A stretch of DNA of 58,499 nucleotides from a bacterium (GTDB lineage Bacteria; Hinthialibacterota; Hinthialibacteria; Hinthialibacterales; Hinthialibacteraceae). Position 1 is the stretch's first letter, and every line of letters begins with the position of its first letter. The stretch spans positions 1-58,499 of the forward strand of contig CAXXSM010000029.1 of assembly GCA_963663405.2 (NCBI GenBank), in the 5' to 3' direction. Shown piece after piece: positions 48,678 to 58,499 of the stretch. The notes below the pieces were generated by a model. The model had not been told where the DNA came from. It saw only the letters and a list, made by a program, of their open reading frames with translations, and did no database searches. A program made the position numbers and the translations under genes.

Positions 48678-49943
48678 TTAATTGTGTTTTTGTCCCGCTG
48701 GTGGGATTAAATGGTTGTTTCCGCATCGCGGGCATGTGATTTGGGCGCCTTTAAAGTCCAGTGGTATTTTCATCCGCAATCCACAGGCGCAAGGAATAAG
48801 AAGAAACTCACCAAAGCCGGTAAGCAGGTCGTTGACTTCCCGCAACCGTCCAATGGTCTCTTCTTTTCGATCCTTTTTGGAAGCGGCTTCCCGGATCGAA
48901 ACCTTTTCTTCAATAGAGAGCGTCCGCGCGCCGATGCAGCCGCTGGATTTACCATGGACTTTTTTATAAGCGGCTTCGTAATCCGCAAAACCGGCGCCGC
49001 TCATGGCGCGTAGAATCTCGACACGTTTTTTCGTGGGGGGATGTGTCAAAAAGAGTCCCTGTACAAAAGCGGGTTGCAAAGGATTGATGATATACAACGG
49101 CGCGAGAGCGCGGCTGGCTTTGTTGGCTTTCTGGGCGCCGCCGGAGGCGTTGGCGAAAGCCTGTTGCATTTTTTTCGCGCGGCCTGAAATGGTTTCCAGC
49201 GCGGACGCGAGCCCTTCTGGATAGCGGGTAAACCGCGCTCCGGACGCGTCGGCTAAATATTCCCGGCTGCGCGAACAGGCGAAATACAACAGCTGCGCGA
49301 GAATCGGCGCCAAGATGGCGAGAAGGATGGCCACGGCCAAGAAGATCGCCTGCGCCTGCCCGCTGTCTTTGGACGACCGCGACCGCCGCCGTCCACCACC
49401 GTAAAAGAACGAACGGATGAAGATATCGGAAATGATGATGATACTGCCCATCAACACAGACGCGAGTGTCATGAAACGGATATCGAGGTTTTTTATGTGA
49501 CCGATCTCATGCGCGATCACGCCCTGGAGTTCATCCCGGTTCAGTTGCTTCAACAACCCCGCCGTGACGGCGACGATGGCCGATTCCGGTTTGCGGCCCG
49601 CCGCGAACGCGTTGGGCACATCACTGTCAATGATGTAGACTTTGGGCATGGTTCCCAGGCCGGACGCGATCGTCATTTCTTCGACGACGTTCCATAATTG
49701 CGGCGCGTCTTCTTTCTTAATTTGACGGGCGTTGGCGCTGAGGAGCAGGATTTGATCGCCCTGAAACAACGCGATCATATAGAGAATGAACCATAATACT
49801 AAGGCTCCCAGACAGCCGGTCACACCTCCATACTCTGGATCGATGTACATCCCGATCGCGAATCCCAGGATCACTAGGATCGCTCCCATTAAACCGATCA
49901 GGACTATGGATCGGCGTTTGTTACTGCGAATCGCTTCCCACAT
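48678..49943 (-). CDS. htpX: M48 zinc metalloprotease HtpX with C-terminal zinc ribbon
   Basis: PNAFAAG, HEIGH, SRSREYLAD, THPP; C-terminal CAC...CPRC. Confidence 0.9.
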   Translation of the reverse strand: MWEAIRSNKRRSIVLIGLMGAILVILGFAIGMYIDPEYGGVTGCLGALVLWFILYMIALFQGDQILLLSANARQIKKEDAPQLWNVVEEMTIASGLGTMPKVYIIDSDVPNAFAAGRKPESAIVAVTAGLLKQLNRDELQGVIAHEIGHIKNLDIRFMTLASVLMGSIIIISDIFIRSFFYGGGRRRSRSSKDSGQAQAIFLAVAILLAILAPILAQLLYFACSRSREYLADASGARFTRYPEGLASALETISGRAKKMQQAFANASGGAQKANKASRALAPLYIINPLQPAFVQGLFLTHPPTKKRVEILRAMSGAGFADYEAAYKKVHGKSSGCIGARTLSIEEKVSIREAASKKDRKEETIGRLREVNDLLTGFGEFLLIPCACGLRMKIPLDFKGAQITCPRCGNNHLIPPAGQKHN

Positions 49944-49986
49944 TGGTTTTCTATTTACGCCTTTTGCTTATTGAATTCGTTCACTG

Positions 49987-50556
49987 CTAAAACTGGACTT
50001 TTGGGGCTTCTCGTTCGGCGGTGTCTTCCAGTTCGAAAAATTCCTCTTCGCCGAAGTTGCATACGCCCGCGATGATATTGGTTGGAATGCTTTGGATCTT
50101 GGTGTTGTATTTCATCACCTGATCGTTATAAAACTGCCGGGCGAATCCGATTTTGTTTTCCGTGGAGGAGAGTTCTTCCTGCAGCGCGAGGAAATTTTGA
50201 TTGGCTTTCAGATTGGGATATTGTTCCACGACCACCATTAAGCGTCCCAGCGCGCCGCTTAGGTTTTGTTCCGCCATGGTTTGATCGTGCACGCCGCTGG
50301 CGGAGACTGCCTGGGATCGCGCTTTGATCACTTCCTCCAGCGTAGACTTTTCGTGTCCCGCGTAGCCTTTGACGGTCTCGACGAGATTCGGGATCAAGTC
50401 GTGCCTTCGTTTCAGCTGTACGTCGATCTGCGCCCAGGCGTTTTTGACCTCGTTACGAAAACGGATCAGGCTGTTATACGCGCTGATGAACCAGAGCACA
50501 AGAATGACTAAAACCAGAACGACGGCGCCAATCACGATAAAAAGGATATATTCCAT
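49987..50556 (-). CDS. lemA: LemA family protein
   Basis: YN.L...RN.V.NAWAQIDVQLKRRHDLIPNLVETVKGYA.HE, YPNLKANQNF. Confidence 0.95.
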   Translation of the reverse strand: MEYILFIVIGAVVLVLVILVLWFISAYNSLIRFRNEVKNAWAQIDVQLKRRHDLIPNLVETVKGYAGHEKSTLEEVIKARSQAVSASGVHDQTMAEQNLSGALGRLMVVVEQYPNLKANQNFLALQEELSSTENKIGFARQFYNDQVMKYNTKIQSIPTNIIAGVCNFGEEEFFELEDTAEREAPKVQF

Positions 50557-50585
50557 CGGTTTCTCCCTTCAGATATTTTTTATGA

Positions 50586-50680
50586 TAAACCATCATCATT
50601 TGAGATCATAACTGCAAATGAAAATGAGTTGCGTGAGCTAATTCGAACGAGAAAGCCTATGGAACTCATTTTCATATAAA
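50586..50680. repeat. TAAA-bounded hairpin repeat, copy 3
   Basis: TAAACCATCATCATTTGAGATCATAACTGCAAATGAAAATGAGTT...AACTCATTTTCATATAAA. Confidence 0.85.
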
Positions 50681-50706
50681 ACGAAACGGCGGAAAGCCGT
50701 ATTCAT

Positions 50707-51096
50707 TCACTTTCGCGCTTTATATAGATCGGCGAAAAAGCCCGCCACGATCCCCTCTTCTCCCTCTTTGAAGGAAGCAATCACGGCTTCTGTTTCACCC
50801 TTGTCCAGCCATGTGCCGTGCCCGTTCGGACAGCGTTCCAGTTCAATGGAAGTTTGTTTCCCAATTTGGAATTGATCCATTTTCGTTCGGCAGCGGGGAC
50901 AGCGGCGCTCCGATCGCTCTTGCGTGGGGGATTCGTAAAGCGCTATGGTCAACCGGCCGGTTTCGACATTTTCGAGTTCAGCGATCAATTCCAGTTCTCC
51001 CGTATCAAGCCAGGTTCCCCCGCAGGAGACGCAAAAATCGATCTCAATACCTTCTAATTCCAATATGATCATCGGTTCGCCGCAATGGGGGCACAT
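50707..51096 (-). CDS. tandem zf-TFIIB-like zinc-ribbon protein
   Basis: Two units CP.C...C..(C/G).G.WLD.GE. Confidence 0.85.
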   Translation of the reverse strand: MCPHCGEPMIILELEGIEIDFCVSCGGTWLDTGELELIAELENVETGRLTIALYESPTQERSERRCPRCRTKMDQFQIGKQTSIELERCPNGHGTWLDKGETEAVIASFKEGEEGIVAGFFADLYKARK

Positions 51097-52974
51097 GGTT
51101 TTGCCTCATTTGTTGAATAACAGATAATTATACAATGATATTGTAAAACGGTTCCTCTTATTTTTCGAGAGCCATTTTCATATTAGATGAAAAAGCCTTT
51201 TATTGTATACGATTGTGCTGGGATAGATATTTCGAAAATCGCTGTGATTTATGGAATTCTTTGCGATAGCGCCTTTGGGCATCAATTTTAGGATATTAAA
51301 TCAATACCATCTACTTAAGTACTACCATAGATCGCTTAAATATATTTCACCCAAAAATTGGATCCCCCCTTCTTGTACAGTCACATTCCGTAAAGCCGCT
51401 CTTTTTGTAATCATACCGCTTTGTTGATGACGCAGCCAGAAAATCAGATCCGTTACGCCACTTGGAACGTTTTCCAGTGTGAATGTGTTATCCTCTCTAA
51501 TGGGCGATTGAAATTCCCAAGGGATTTCAACGGATATACATTGATAGTCAGGGATTGGAATTATGGTTCCCTGAAGCGTGCAAAATTTTTCTTGCACATT
51601 GACGGTATGATTGATTTCAATAATTGAATCTGAATCCTTATCGACAAGGACTTCTTTCGTTGTAAATGGGCAGGAGGGGATATGAAACCATACATCGTAG
51701 AGGCCTGGTTCAAATGTGATGATTGAGAATTCCTGGTGCGAGAGGAGGGGTAAATTCACAGTATTTTTACGCTGAATTCTTCCTTCGCTGTCTTTTTTAT
51801 AGAGAACGGCTGCTAAGTATTTTGTTTTGTCCACATCTCCATTGATCGTTAGATTGACATGGATTGTTTTCGGCGCGTAATCAAGCGTTATATCGGCCCA
51901 ATCGCTGTTTGTATCGATATTTTCTAAAAGACCGGATAAATAGGTTGAATCCGTGTATTGAAAACGGATATTGTATGTTCCGGGGATTAGATTATTGAAC
52001 GTATATTCTCCGTTGTCATCGGTGGTTGTATTGACACCATTTTCACCAAACTGATAGGCGTGCGCCATTGTTCCTTTTAAGGGCCTACCTTCTGAATCTG
52101 TTACCCGGCCGCGAATCCATGCGGCCGGTTTCATGATCAAGTCATGCTCGATCACTTCCTGTGATACGGGCATGGTCAACCAATGTTGTGTATCAGCGAA
52201 AACCTCCTTCTTCGCTTTTAAAACAAAATCGGGATAGTTTGAAGAATTCTCGCTGGCGGGAAATACATTGGTGAACTGAAACCGCCCTATTTCATTGGAT
52301 GTTGTTTTGTTTAATTTATATGAAAATAGATCGAGTAGACTCACCTCCGCGTTGGGTATCGGATTGGTCTCTTGATCCATGACGATCCCTTGAACATCAA
52401 TTCCCTTTTGCAAAGTGATGATGATTGGATTCTTTGTTAAATGTTCATCGTTTTGTATCCAATCACTTAATCCATAATAATTTATTTCATCTTTTTTATA
52501 GTAAGCGGTAAAACGGTAGTTATTACCCGTGGACTTGAAGTATGGAGTGATATCGATTTTAAATATACCATTTTCGTCCGTCAATACGGTTTGACTCGTG
52601 TCAGGTTTGACACATTGCACATTCGCGTCTTTTACTGGTTCACCTGTTTTCCATATCACTTTTCCAGTTACGCTTTTCTTTCTAATCATAAAAAGTTTCA
52701 CATCATCGTACGATCGATTGCGGAGAGAGACCATGGCTAAATTGGAACCGCCGGGGAATTCATAGGCTCTTCGCTGAATCGAGTGGGTAGATTTGGGGAA
52801 GGCTTTCCTCCATCCTCCCGAAGATATATCGCTTACGTACCAATCCCGACGAGATAAACTAACAAGAAGGGCGGTGCTAGACCGTCCTTCGACAGTCTTC
52901 TTGGTCAGCACTCAGTTCGCGTCCCCGCAAGGTCCGATCCTCCGCCCAGGCTAAAGGCAAAGATCCCAATCCCA

Positions 52975-52994
52975 AGAGAGAGAGAGAGAGAGAG
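52975..52994 (+). repeat. (AG)10 simple sequence repeat
   Basis: Read directly from the sequence; ends 10 nt before the transposase ATG. Confidence 0.9.
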
Positions 52995-53004
52995 AAGGAA
53001 GAGA

Positions 53005-54259
53005 ATGAAGAACCAAGAATTATTCCGGTTAGCGTTAGGTTTGAGTGAGCCATGGCAGGTCGTCCAGGCCGAGTTTCCTGAGGAAGAAAAAACCTTGCAC
53101 CTCACGCTGGACTTTCCCGAGGGGAGTCTGTTTCCCTGTCCCGAATGCGGGAACCTGTGTGGAGTGCATGATACGAAACGACGCACTTGGAGGCATCTGA
53201 ATTTCTTTCAGTATGAGACGTATTTACACGCCCGGCAACCTCGTGTGAAATGTCCCAATCATAAAGTCAAGACAGTGAATCTTCCCTGGGCCCGTCCGGG
53301 GGCGGGATTTACGTTGTTATTTGAAGCGTTGGTCATGGCACTGGCGGAGAATGGGATGACGGCCAATGCGATCAGCCGAGTGGTCGGAGAATATGACACG
53401 CTGATTTGGCGAGTGCTGACTCATTATGTGATGGACGCGCGAGAGAGGGAGGATTTTTCGGGAGTGAAGGCGGTGGGGGTGGATGAGACCTCAAAGGCCA
53501 AAGGGCACAATTATGTCAGCGTATTCATGGATTTGGACGAGCGCAGCGTGATGTTTGCCACCGATGGAAAGGACGCTCAAACGGTGGGGGCGTTCAAAGA
53601 GGATTTAGAGACGCATAACGGAAAGGCGGAGCAGGTGGAGGAATTTTGTTTGGATATGTCCCAGGCGTTTCAATCCGGGATTGAAGCCAATTTCCCGGCC
53701 GCCGAAATGACATTTGATGAATACCACCTGATGAGGATTATCAATCAAGCTGTGGACGAAGTGCGCAAACAAGACCAAGCGATTTATCCCGAATTATTGA
53801 AGGGGACGAAGTATATTTGGCTGAAGAATGAATGGAATCTCACGGACAAGCAAGAGAAGAAACGGAACGAAATTTTTCAAGATGTACGAGGGAGCAAATT
53901 GAAGACGGTGAAAGCCTACCATCTGCGATCCGTGTTCCAAGACGTGTTTTCGTTCGACGATCCGGAGGAGGGGGAATCGTTTCTTAAAAAGTGGTATTAT
54001 TGGGCGACTCACAGCCGGATTGAGCCTATGATCAAGGCCGCGAAAACGATCAAGGAGCACTGGGCTGGTGTGGTGCGTTGGTTTACTTCGCGAATCAACA
54101 ATGGTCTGTTGGGAGGGGATGAATAGCCTGATCCAAGCCGCCAAGGCCCGTGCGAGAGGCTATCGCAACGTCAACAATTTAATCACTACCATCTATTTGA
54201 TTGGAAGCAAGTTGGAATTCAATCTTCCCAAGGTTCTTCCCTCGCCCCACACGAAATAG
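53005..54259 (+). pseudogene. ISL3 transposase with a +1 frameshift near the 3' end
   Basis: CPEC zinc finger, WRHL, PWA....FT..FE, GVDE, CLDMS, FD.YH. An extra G near 54110 breaks NGLLEGMNSLIQAAKARARGYRN, whose remainder is in ORF 54068..54259. Confidence 0.9.
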
Positions 54260-54383
54260 TAATACGGCTTGAATCGTTCCCGTTTCTGCAGGCAAGCCGC
54301 CAAACTAAGCAAAAGACACCGGATGAAAACCGGCTGAGTCTCTCCGGTCTGCGATTCATGATCAGTAATCCGAACGAGTGAGG

Positions 54384-54540
54384 GCTTGTGGATTCTGCCA
54401 TCTTATGGACAAACCGCCGATACTCTGGGTGAGAAGAGAAAGTTCCTGCCGGTTTGCCCACAAGATTTGGACAGCCACCTGCGAAAGATTAGGGGGAATG
54501 AGAAAGATTATTGAGGCGCCTGACCACAGACTCCACAAGC
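54384..54540. other. multi-stem structured non-coding segment inside the ISL3
   Basis: 54384-54397 pairs with 54527-54540 (13/14), 54400-54416 with 54450-54466 (15/17), plus a weaker TGGACAG/CTGACCA stem. Confidence 0.65.
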
Positions 54541-54559
54541 ATGCGGCACATAAAGATAT

Positions 54560-54742
54560 GGTTCTTTTTTCTTCGATAAAATCCAGACCCGCAAACGGAT
54601 CGATGGAGGGCAATCCTACTGCAAAATACTTGTCGCTTAACAGATATCGAAACGTCTACAAGTTGATCGTAACCATCTGTTTGGCAGAGGAAAATTGGAA
54701 TGTAATCTTCTCGAGGTTCTACCCTCTACCCACATGAAATAG
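54560..54742 (+). pseudogene. decayed C-terminal remnant of a second ISL3 transposase
   Basis: SRPANGSMEG...RYRNVYKLIVTICL vs SRINNGLLEG...GYRNVNNLITTIYL; 54645-54742 matches 54161-54259 at roughly three-quarters identity by eye. Confidence 0.8.
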
Positions 54743-56332
54743 CGAAGAGGCAATTCATATGAAGAATCCGATTCTTCCGAGCCGGCTCCATGAACCACAT
54801 ATTCTCCAGGAGGAATCTCATTAAATGTAAATTGTCCTTTATTATTCGTAACTGTTTCAGAAATTGAATTCGAGTAGATACCTTCTCCGCTCCATTCTCG
54901 CAGCAGCAATTTGATGTCCGGTATCCCTTGATTCGTTTCGTAATCCAACACATAACCTTTGATTTCGAATAAATTGGAGACCAGAGTGAGAATCACTTTT
55001 TTTGGAGGTGAATTTAATTGTACCGTTTGATGGCCTTTACCTGTATCATTGTAATCTTCATGTGACGCTGTGATCGTATAATTTCCTGACAGAAAAACAG
55101 GTTCGGTTTTCAAAACTCCAAACTGATCCACCTTTCGAGATTGCATTTGTAAAGCGCCTTGGCTTCCATCGCTGGGTTTGATGAGAATATCCGCGAATGG
55201 GATCGGTTGATGTAATTCATCATCAACCTGTACGATAAGCGATTCAAACGGTTTTAAGACTAGAATCGGATCGGGCGTGGAGAAATCACCTTCCATTGTG
55301 ATTGGCACAAAGCCAACTTTAGTTGCTGCGATTGTATAACTTTGCCTTTCATCGAGTGAGAACTGCAATTTACCATCATTTTCGGTTTGGAACTCACGTT
55401 TAGAATCATGATTGTTCCCATATACATCGAGTTTGACAGATACATCCGATTGAGGATCATAACGCTCATTAACGACTTTCCCTACGACTGTTTTCATTTT
55501 TAAGAGAATGTATTCGTTCTCTTTTTCAGTGTCACCGGGAATTTGAAAGCTCGTTTTATAATCTCGATATCCTTGGGCTTGTAACGTGATATCGAAACGG
55601 CCTTTTGTAAGATTGTTGAATGTAAATCGGCCTTTTATGTCTGTTTGACATTGGAATTGATTATTCGTGTTATTTGCGCTTATGAGTATCGCTGTAGCGC
55701 CATCTATACTCGTGTTGGATGTATCGAAAACGTGTCCAGAGAAATGAAAACCGGCTGGCTTGGTTGTATTTGTTGTTGCAGAATCAATATTCGCGACTGG
55801 CGTAGGTAAAGATAATTCTTTGTTGTCAGCGCCGCTGTGACGAGAGATCGTATAATCACTTTCATTCATTTGCCTGCTGTCATTTAAGACTATCATTACG
55901 ACGCCAATCAGAATAACAAAAACAGCGATTGCGATCCACCAAAGCAGTTGTGTAGACTTTGCTGAGCGTTTACGCATGGTTCTCCCCCCCACAGTGTAGA
56001 ATCAGTCATTGAAAATTATTTCATTTACGGATTTATAGAGGATCGGTAACGATTTTTCATTTTTTATAATTTGAGGGATACATTCTGCGCATCATATCAG
56101 CCATATGAATTGATAAGCTAACAACAATCAATACACGAAGCGTCACTGATCCGTTTCTCCTTCTCGATTTTGGGGGAAAGATAAGCAGGCTTAGGGGGGG
56201 GGAGAATCGTACTATCATGCTTTGCAATATGGTTATTTTAATCTTATCACATTATGCGCTTGACCTGATGCTATTCAAGATACAATGGAGAGCGGGCGTT
56301 CCGCCCGCATAAAAAAAAATCAATAGAATCCA

Positions 56333-57443
56333 CTATTTCATCCCCAAACCAAGCACATCCCGGCAATATGCGATACTCGTCTCTAAATCATATTTCTGCT
56401 GCGCTTGCTGGAGTTCACTCTTGGACTCACCTTGGGCGGGACGGTCTTCCGGCATGGTGTACGGGGCGCCTTGTTTCGCCATCGCTACAAATCGCGCGAA
56501 CTCGTTCGCCCGCGCTTTAGGAAACGCTGTCCAGAAATCACGCTCCAAGTAAGGGAAATTTCTCTGTCCGATTCCCGTGATGATTTCCAGGATGAAAGGT
56601 ATGCCCGGACAGAGTTTCGCGAAGGCGTCAACGTAGGCGGGCCAATCGACATTCCCATCTCCCATATTGGTCCATTCTACCATCGCGCCGTTATCGCATT
56701 CCCAGACTGCGCTATCGCGCATGCCGGATGAAACCGCGTAGGGGCCGAGGATTTCCAGATTCGTCATAGGATCTTCAATCGTCCACGCGGCGTTGCCCGA
56801 ATCCAATGTCGCTCCTACATATTCTTTCCCAGCAGATTCGATCAGAGACGCCAGTTCCCACGCCTGCATATCCCCCGCGTGATTCTCGATGGCGATTTTG
56901 ACATTGGCGTCCATCGCTTGGTTCCGGACGGCTTTACATACTTTGACCGTGTTTTCGATATGCCGTTCGATCCCCCCTTCACCCTGGCGGTCCGCCATTG
57001 ATCCAAGGTAAACACCGGGCGATAGGGGAACCGAGTGTTTTCGCGACGCGGATCGTCAGCGCCAAGTGATCTTCCGAACTGCCGTACTTCGTGATCGCTC
57101 TAGAGGATGTCGGGCAGATTCCCCCCGTACCCGCATGAATTTCAAGACCGGCTTGATCCGCTTGCTTCTTTAGACCGAGTAAATAGTCTTTTTCAAAACT
57201 TTCATAGACATCGAGATCGGAAAGAAGAAGGATATCCAACCGTAACGAGGCGGCGTATTCAATCAATCGAGACGCCTTCCATCCAAACGCCCGGATCGAA
57301 AAATTATCTATCCCCAGTTTGATGGATCGCTTCACAGTCCCTTTCCCCTTCTCCCCCGCCTGCGCAGACGAAGTAAAAGCCAACACGGCCCCAGCGGAGG
57401 TAGATAGAAATGTACGGCGATCTATATGTGTATTCATCATCAT
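56333..57443 (-). pseudogene. Tat-signal sugar phosphate isomerase/epimerase (AP_endonuc_2 TIM barrel), split by a +1 frameshift
   Basis: DRRTFL; KIAIENHAGD, LDSGN, G.G.VDW, LE. Removing one T at 57010-57012 joins ...SPIARC-YLGS-MADRQGEG.... May be an assembly error. Confidence 0.8.
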
Positions 57444-57538
57444 CTCCTTGGCAGATTATAATCGCATTCTTACGAGTCTACATCATGGCGGAGTGGAAGA
57501 CAATAACCGTTCGCGCATCGATTATGCTTTACAGCCTC

Positions 57539-57631
57539 ATAGGGTGAATCGCGTCTTTCTGAGGCGCAGGATCAATGAATTATTATCGGCTAGTTGCTCG
57601 TGGTGGGCCGGTAAAGCGTGGCCCACCCTAC
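57539..57631 (-). repeat. GTAG-type REP doublet (REPIN-like)
   Basis: Minus strand GTAGGGTGGGCCACGCTTTACCGGCCCACC...GCGCCTCAGAAAGACGCGATTCACCCTAT: GTAG tetranucleotide, GC-rich palindrome and inverted partner. Confidence 0.8.
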
Positions 57632-58497
57632 TTCATCCCCTCCAACATTTGTTTCGCTTTCACATTCCCAGGATCAAGCGAGAGGATCGCTTCCAAATCC
57701 GCTTTGGCGTCAGAGTATCGTTTCAGGAAGTGATTAGCCATCGCGCGGGTAAACAGGACGGAAACGCAGTCCGGGTGACATTCGAGCGCGCGGTCGAGTA
57801 AGGGGAGCGCTTCTTCGTATTCTCCGGAGGCCATGTGTATCCCGGCCAGTGTCATCAGAGCGCTACTCTGTTTTGGATCTAATTCCAACACACGCCGGAA
57901 TTCGTTTGCGGCGAGAGCGCCGCGCTGGATCTCCAATAGAATCGATCCCATGGTGAGATGGGTTTCAACTGTATCCGGATGTGTATTTAAATACACACGG
58001 TATTTTTCCCGCGTCTCTTCCGATAGCTGTTTGACGGCTTCCAAACTCTTCCGGGCCAAGGCGCTTTCTTTCTCCAATCCCAAGGCGGTATAAGCGCGGA
58101 TCAATTGAAACAGCGCATGATGATGAAATGGGTCCGCATCCACCACAAACTCAAACGCCTTTCGCGCGTGATCGTAATCACCGTCATGGAACGCGATTCG
58201 TCCCTGTAAATAATGAGCGAGCGTGTTCGATGGCTCCGCCGCGAGCGCGCGTTCAACATAGGGCGCGGCTTTCTTATAGTCTTGAAAATCAATCCAATCG
58301 GTCGCTTGGAGAACAAGCGCAGGAACATAGTCTGGATGCGAAGATAGAATCTCTTCGATCGTATTCCGCATTTCCTCGCGCTTTCCCAGCCGCATGTAAA
58401 TCACCGCCAGGTTGTATTGTATGGATAGATCATCGGAAGATTGCTTTATACGATTTCCCAGTTCCAGCGCTTCCGAATAGCGTTTAAGAAAATAGAG
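57628..58497 (-). CDS. tetratricopeptide repeat protein, start lies beyond the window end
   Basis: Multiple TPR units; the frame stays open upstream of 58404 to the window edge (LYFLKRYSEALELG...). Confidence 0.88.
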   Translation of the reverse strand, partial: LYFLKRYSEALELGNRIKQSSDDLSIQYNLAVIYMRLGKREEMRNTIEEILSSHPDYVPALVLQATDWIDFQDYKKAAPYVERALAAEPSNTLAHYLQGRIAFHDGDYDHARKAFEFVVDADPFHHHALFQLIRAYTALGLEKESALARKSLEAVKQLSEETREKYRVYLNTHPDTVETHLTMGSILLEIQRGALAANEFRRVLELDPKQSSALMTLAGIHMASGEYEEALPLLDRALECHPDCVSVLFTRAMANHFLKRYSDAKADLEAILSLDPGNVKAKQMLEGMK

Positions 58498-58499
58498 GG

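Larger units (their letters stand above)
52765..54751 (+). mobile_element. ISL3-family insertion sequence (1987 bp)
   Basis: Terminal inverted repeats GGCTCTTCGCTgaatcgaGTGGGTAGA / GCCTCTTCGCTatttcatGTGGGTAGA; exact 8-bp duplication AATTCATA at 52757-52764 and 54752-54759. Confidence 0.95.
51322..55977 (-). pseudogene. membrane-anchored surface protein with carboxypeptidase-regulatory-like (Cna-B/SpaA-type) repeats, split by ISL3
   Basis: Repeated G.V.D..G.P...A...TD..G.F.F..L..G.Y units in both halves. Removing 52765-54751 plus one AATTCATA copy leaves 2661 nt, an intact 886-aa frame (...SDSSYE|FPGGSNL...). Confidence 0.9.

Noticed and set aside
49360-49405. GGGRRRSRSS in HtpX as part of the Arg-rich T2SS pattern
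   Set aside because: A Gly/Arg-rich loop at this position is ordinary in HtpX proteins.
52765-52911. N-terminus of ORF 51322..52911 as an independent gene start
   Set aside because: These codons are IS sequence read on the opposite strand; the real gene begins at 55977.
54105-54126. Programmed frameshift in the transposase
   Set aside because: ISL3 transposases are normally single ORFs, no canonical slippery heptamer is present and the break falls within a conserved C-terminal motif.
56292-56319. GCGGGCG-TTC-CGCCCGC hairpin as a terminator
   Set aside because: The A-run is on the wrong side to give a U-tail after the stem on either strand; possibly a lone REP-like palindrome, with no second copy seen.
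1263-58487. Numerous 60-190 aa antisense or overlapping ORFs in the six-frame track
   Set aside because: They overlap well-supported genes and show no recognisable motifs; treated as shadow ORFs.

Overview
Bacterial chromosomal window of mostly accessory and envelope genes. It contains: (i) a minus-strand type II secretion (T2SS)-like operon, gspE-F-G-H-I-J-K, a PilM/PilN-fused GspL, GspM/PilO, two GspC/PilP-like paralogs and a secretin, in which several subunits carry Arg/Ser/Gly-rich inserts; (ii) carbohydrate and peptide catabolism genes (GH123/DUF4091-like, GH106-like, SSS symporter, Tat aldo-keto reductase, PepF, URO-D family); (iii) a PAS/GAF kinase, receiver and glgC cluster; (iv) a secreted S74-chaperone fibre-like protein behind a c-di-GMP-I riboswitch with an overlapping terminator; (v) tRNA-Glu followed by a GT-C/SGNH/MBOAT surface-glycan block; (vi) a diguanylate cyclase and htpX-lemA; (vii) a 1987-bp ISL3 element with an exact 8-bp target duplication splitting an ~886-aa surface protein gene. 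The ISL3 is atypical, carrying a structured non-coding segment and the decayed 3' end of a second transposase. Two small repeat families occur: a ~95-bp TAAA-bounded hairpin element (3 copies) and GTAG REP/REPIN elements (3 loci), one nested inside the other. All product calls come from motif recognition by eye; no database searches were run.
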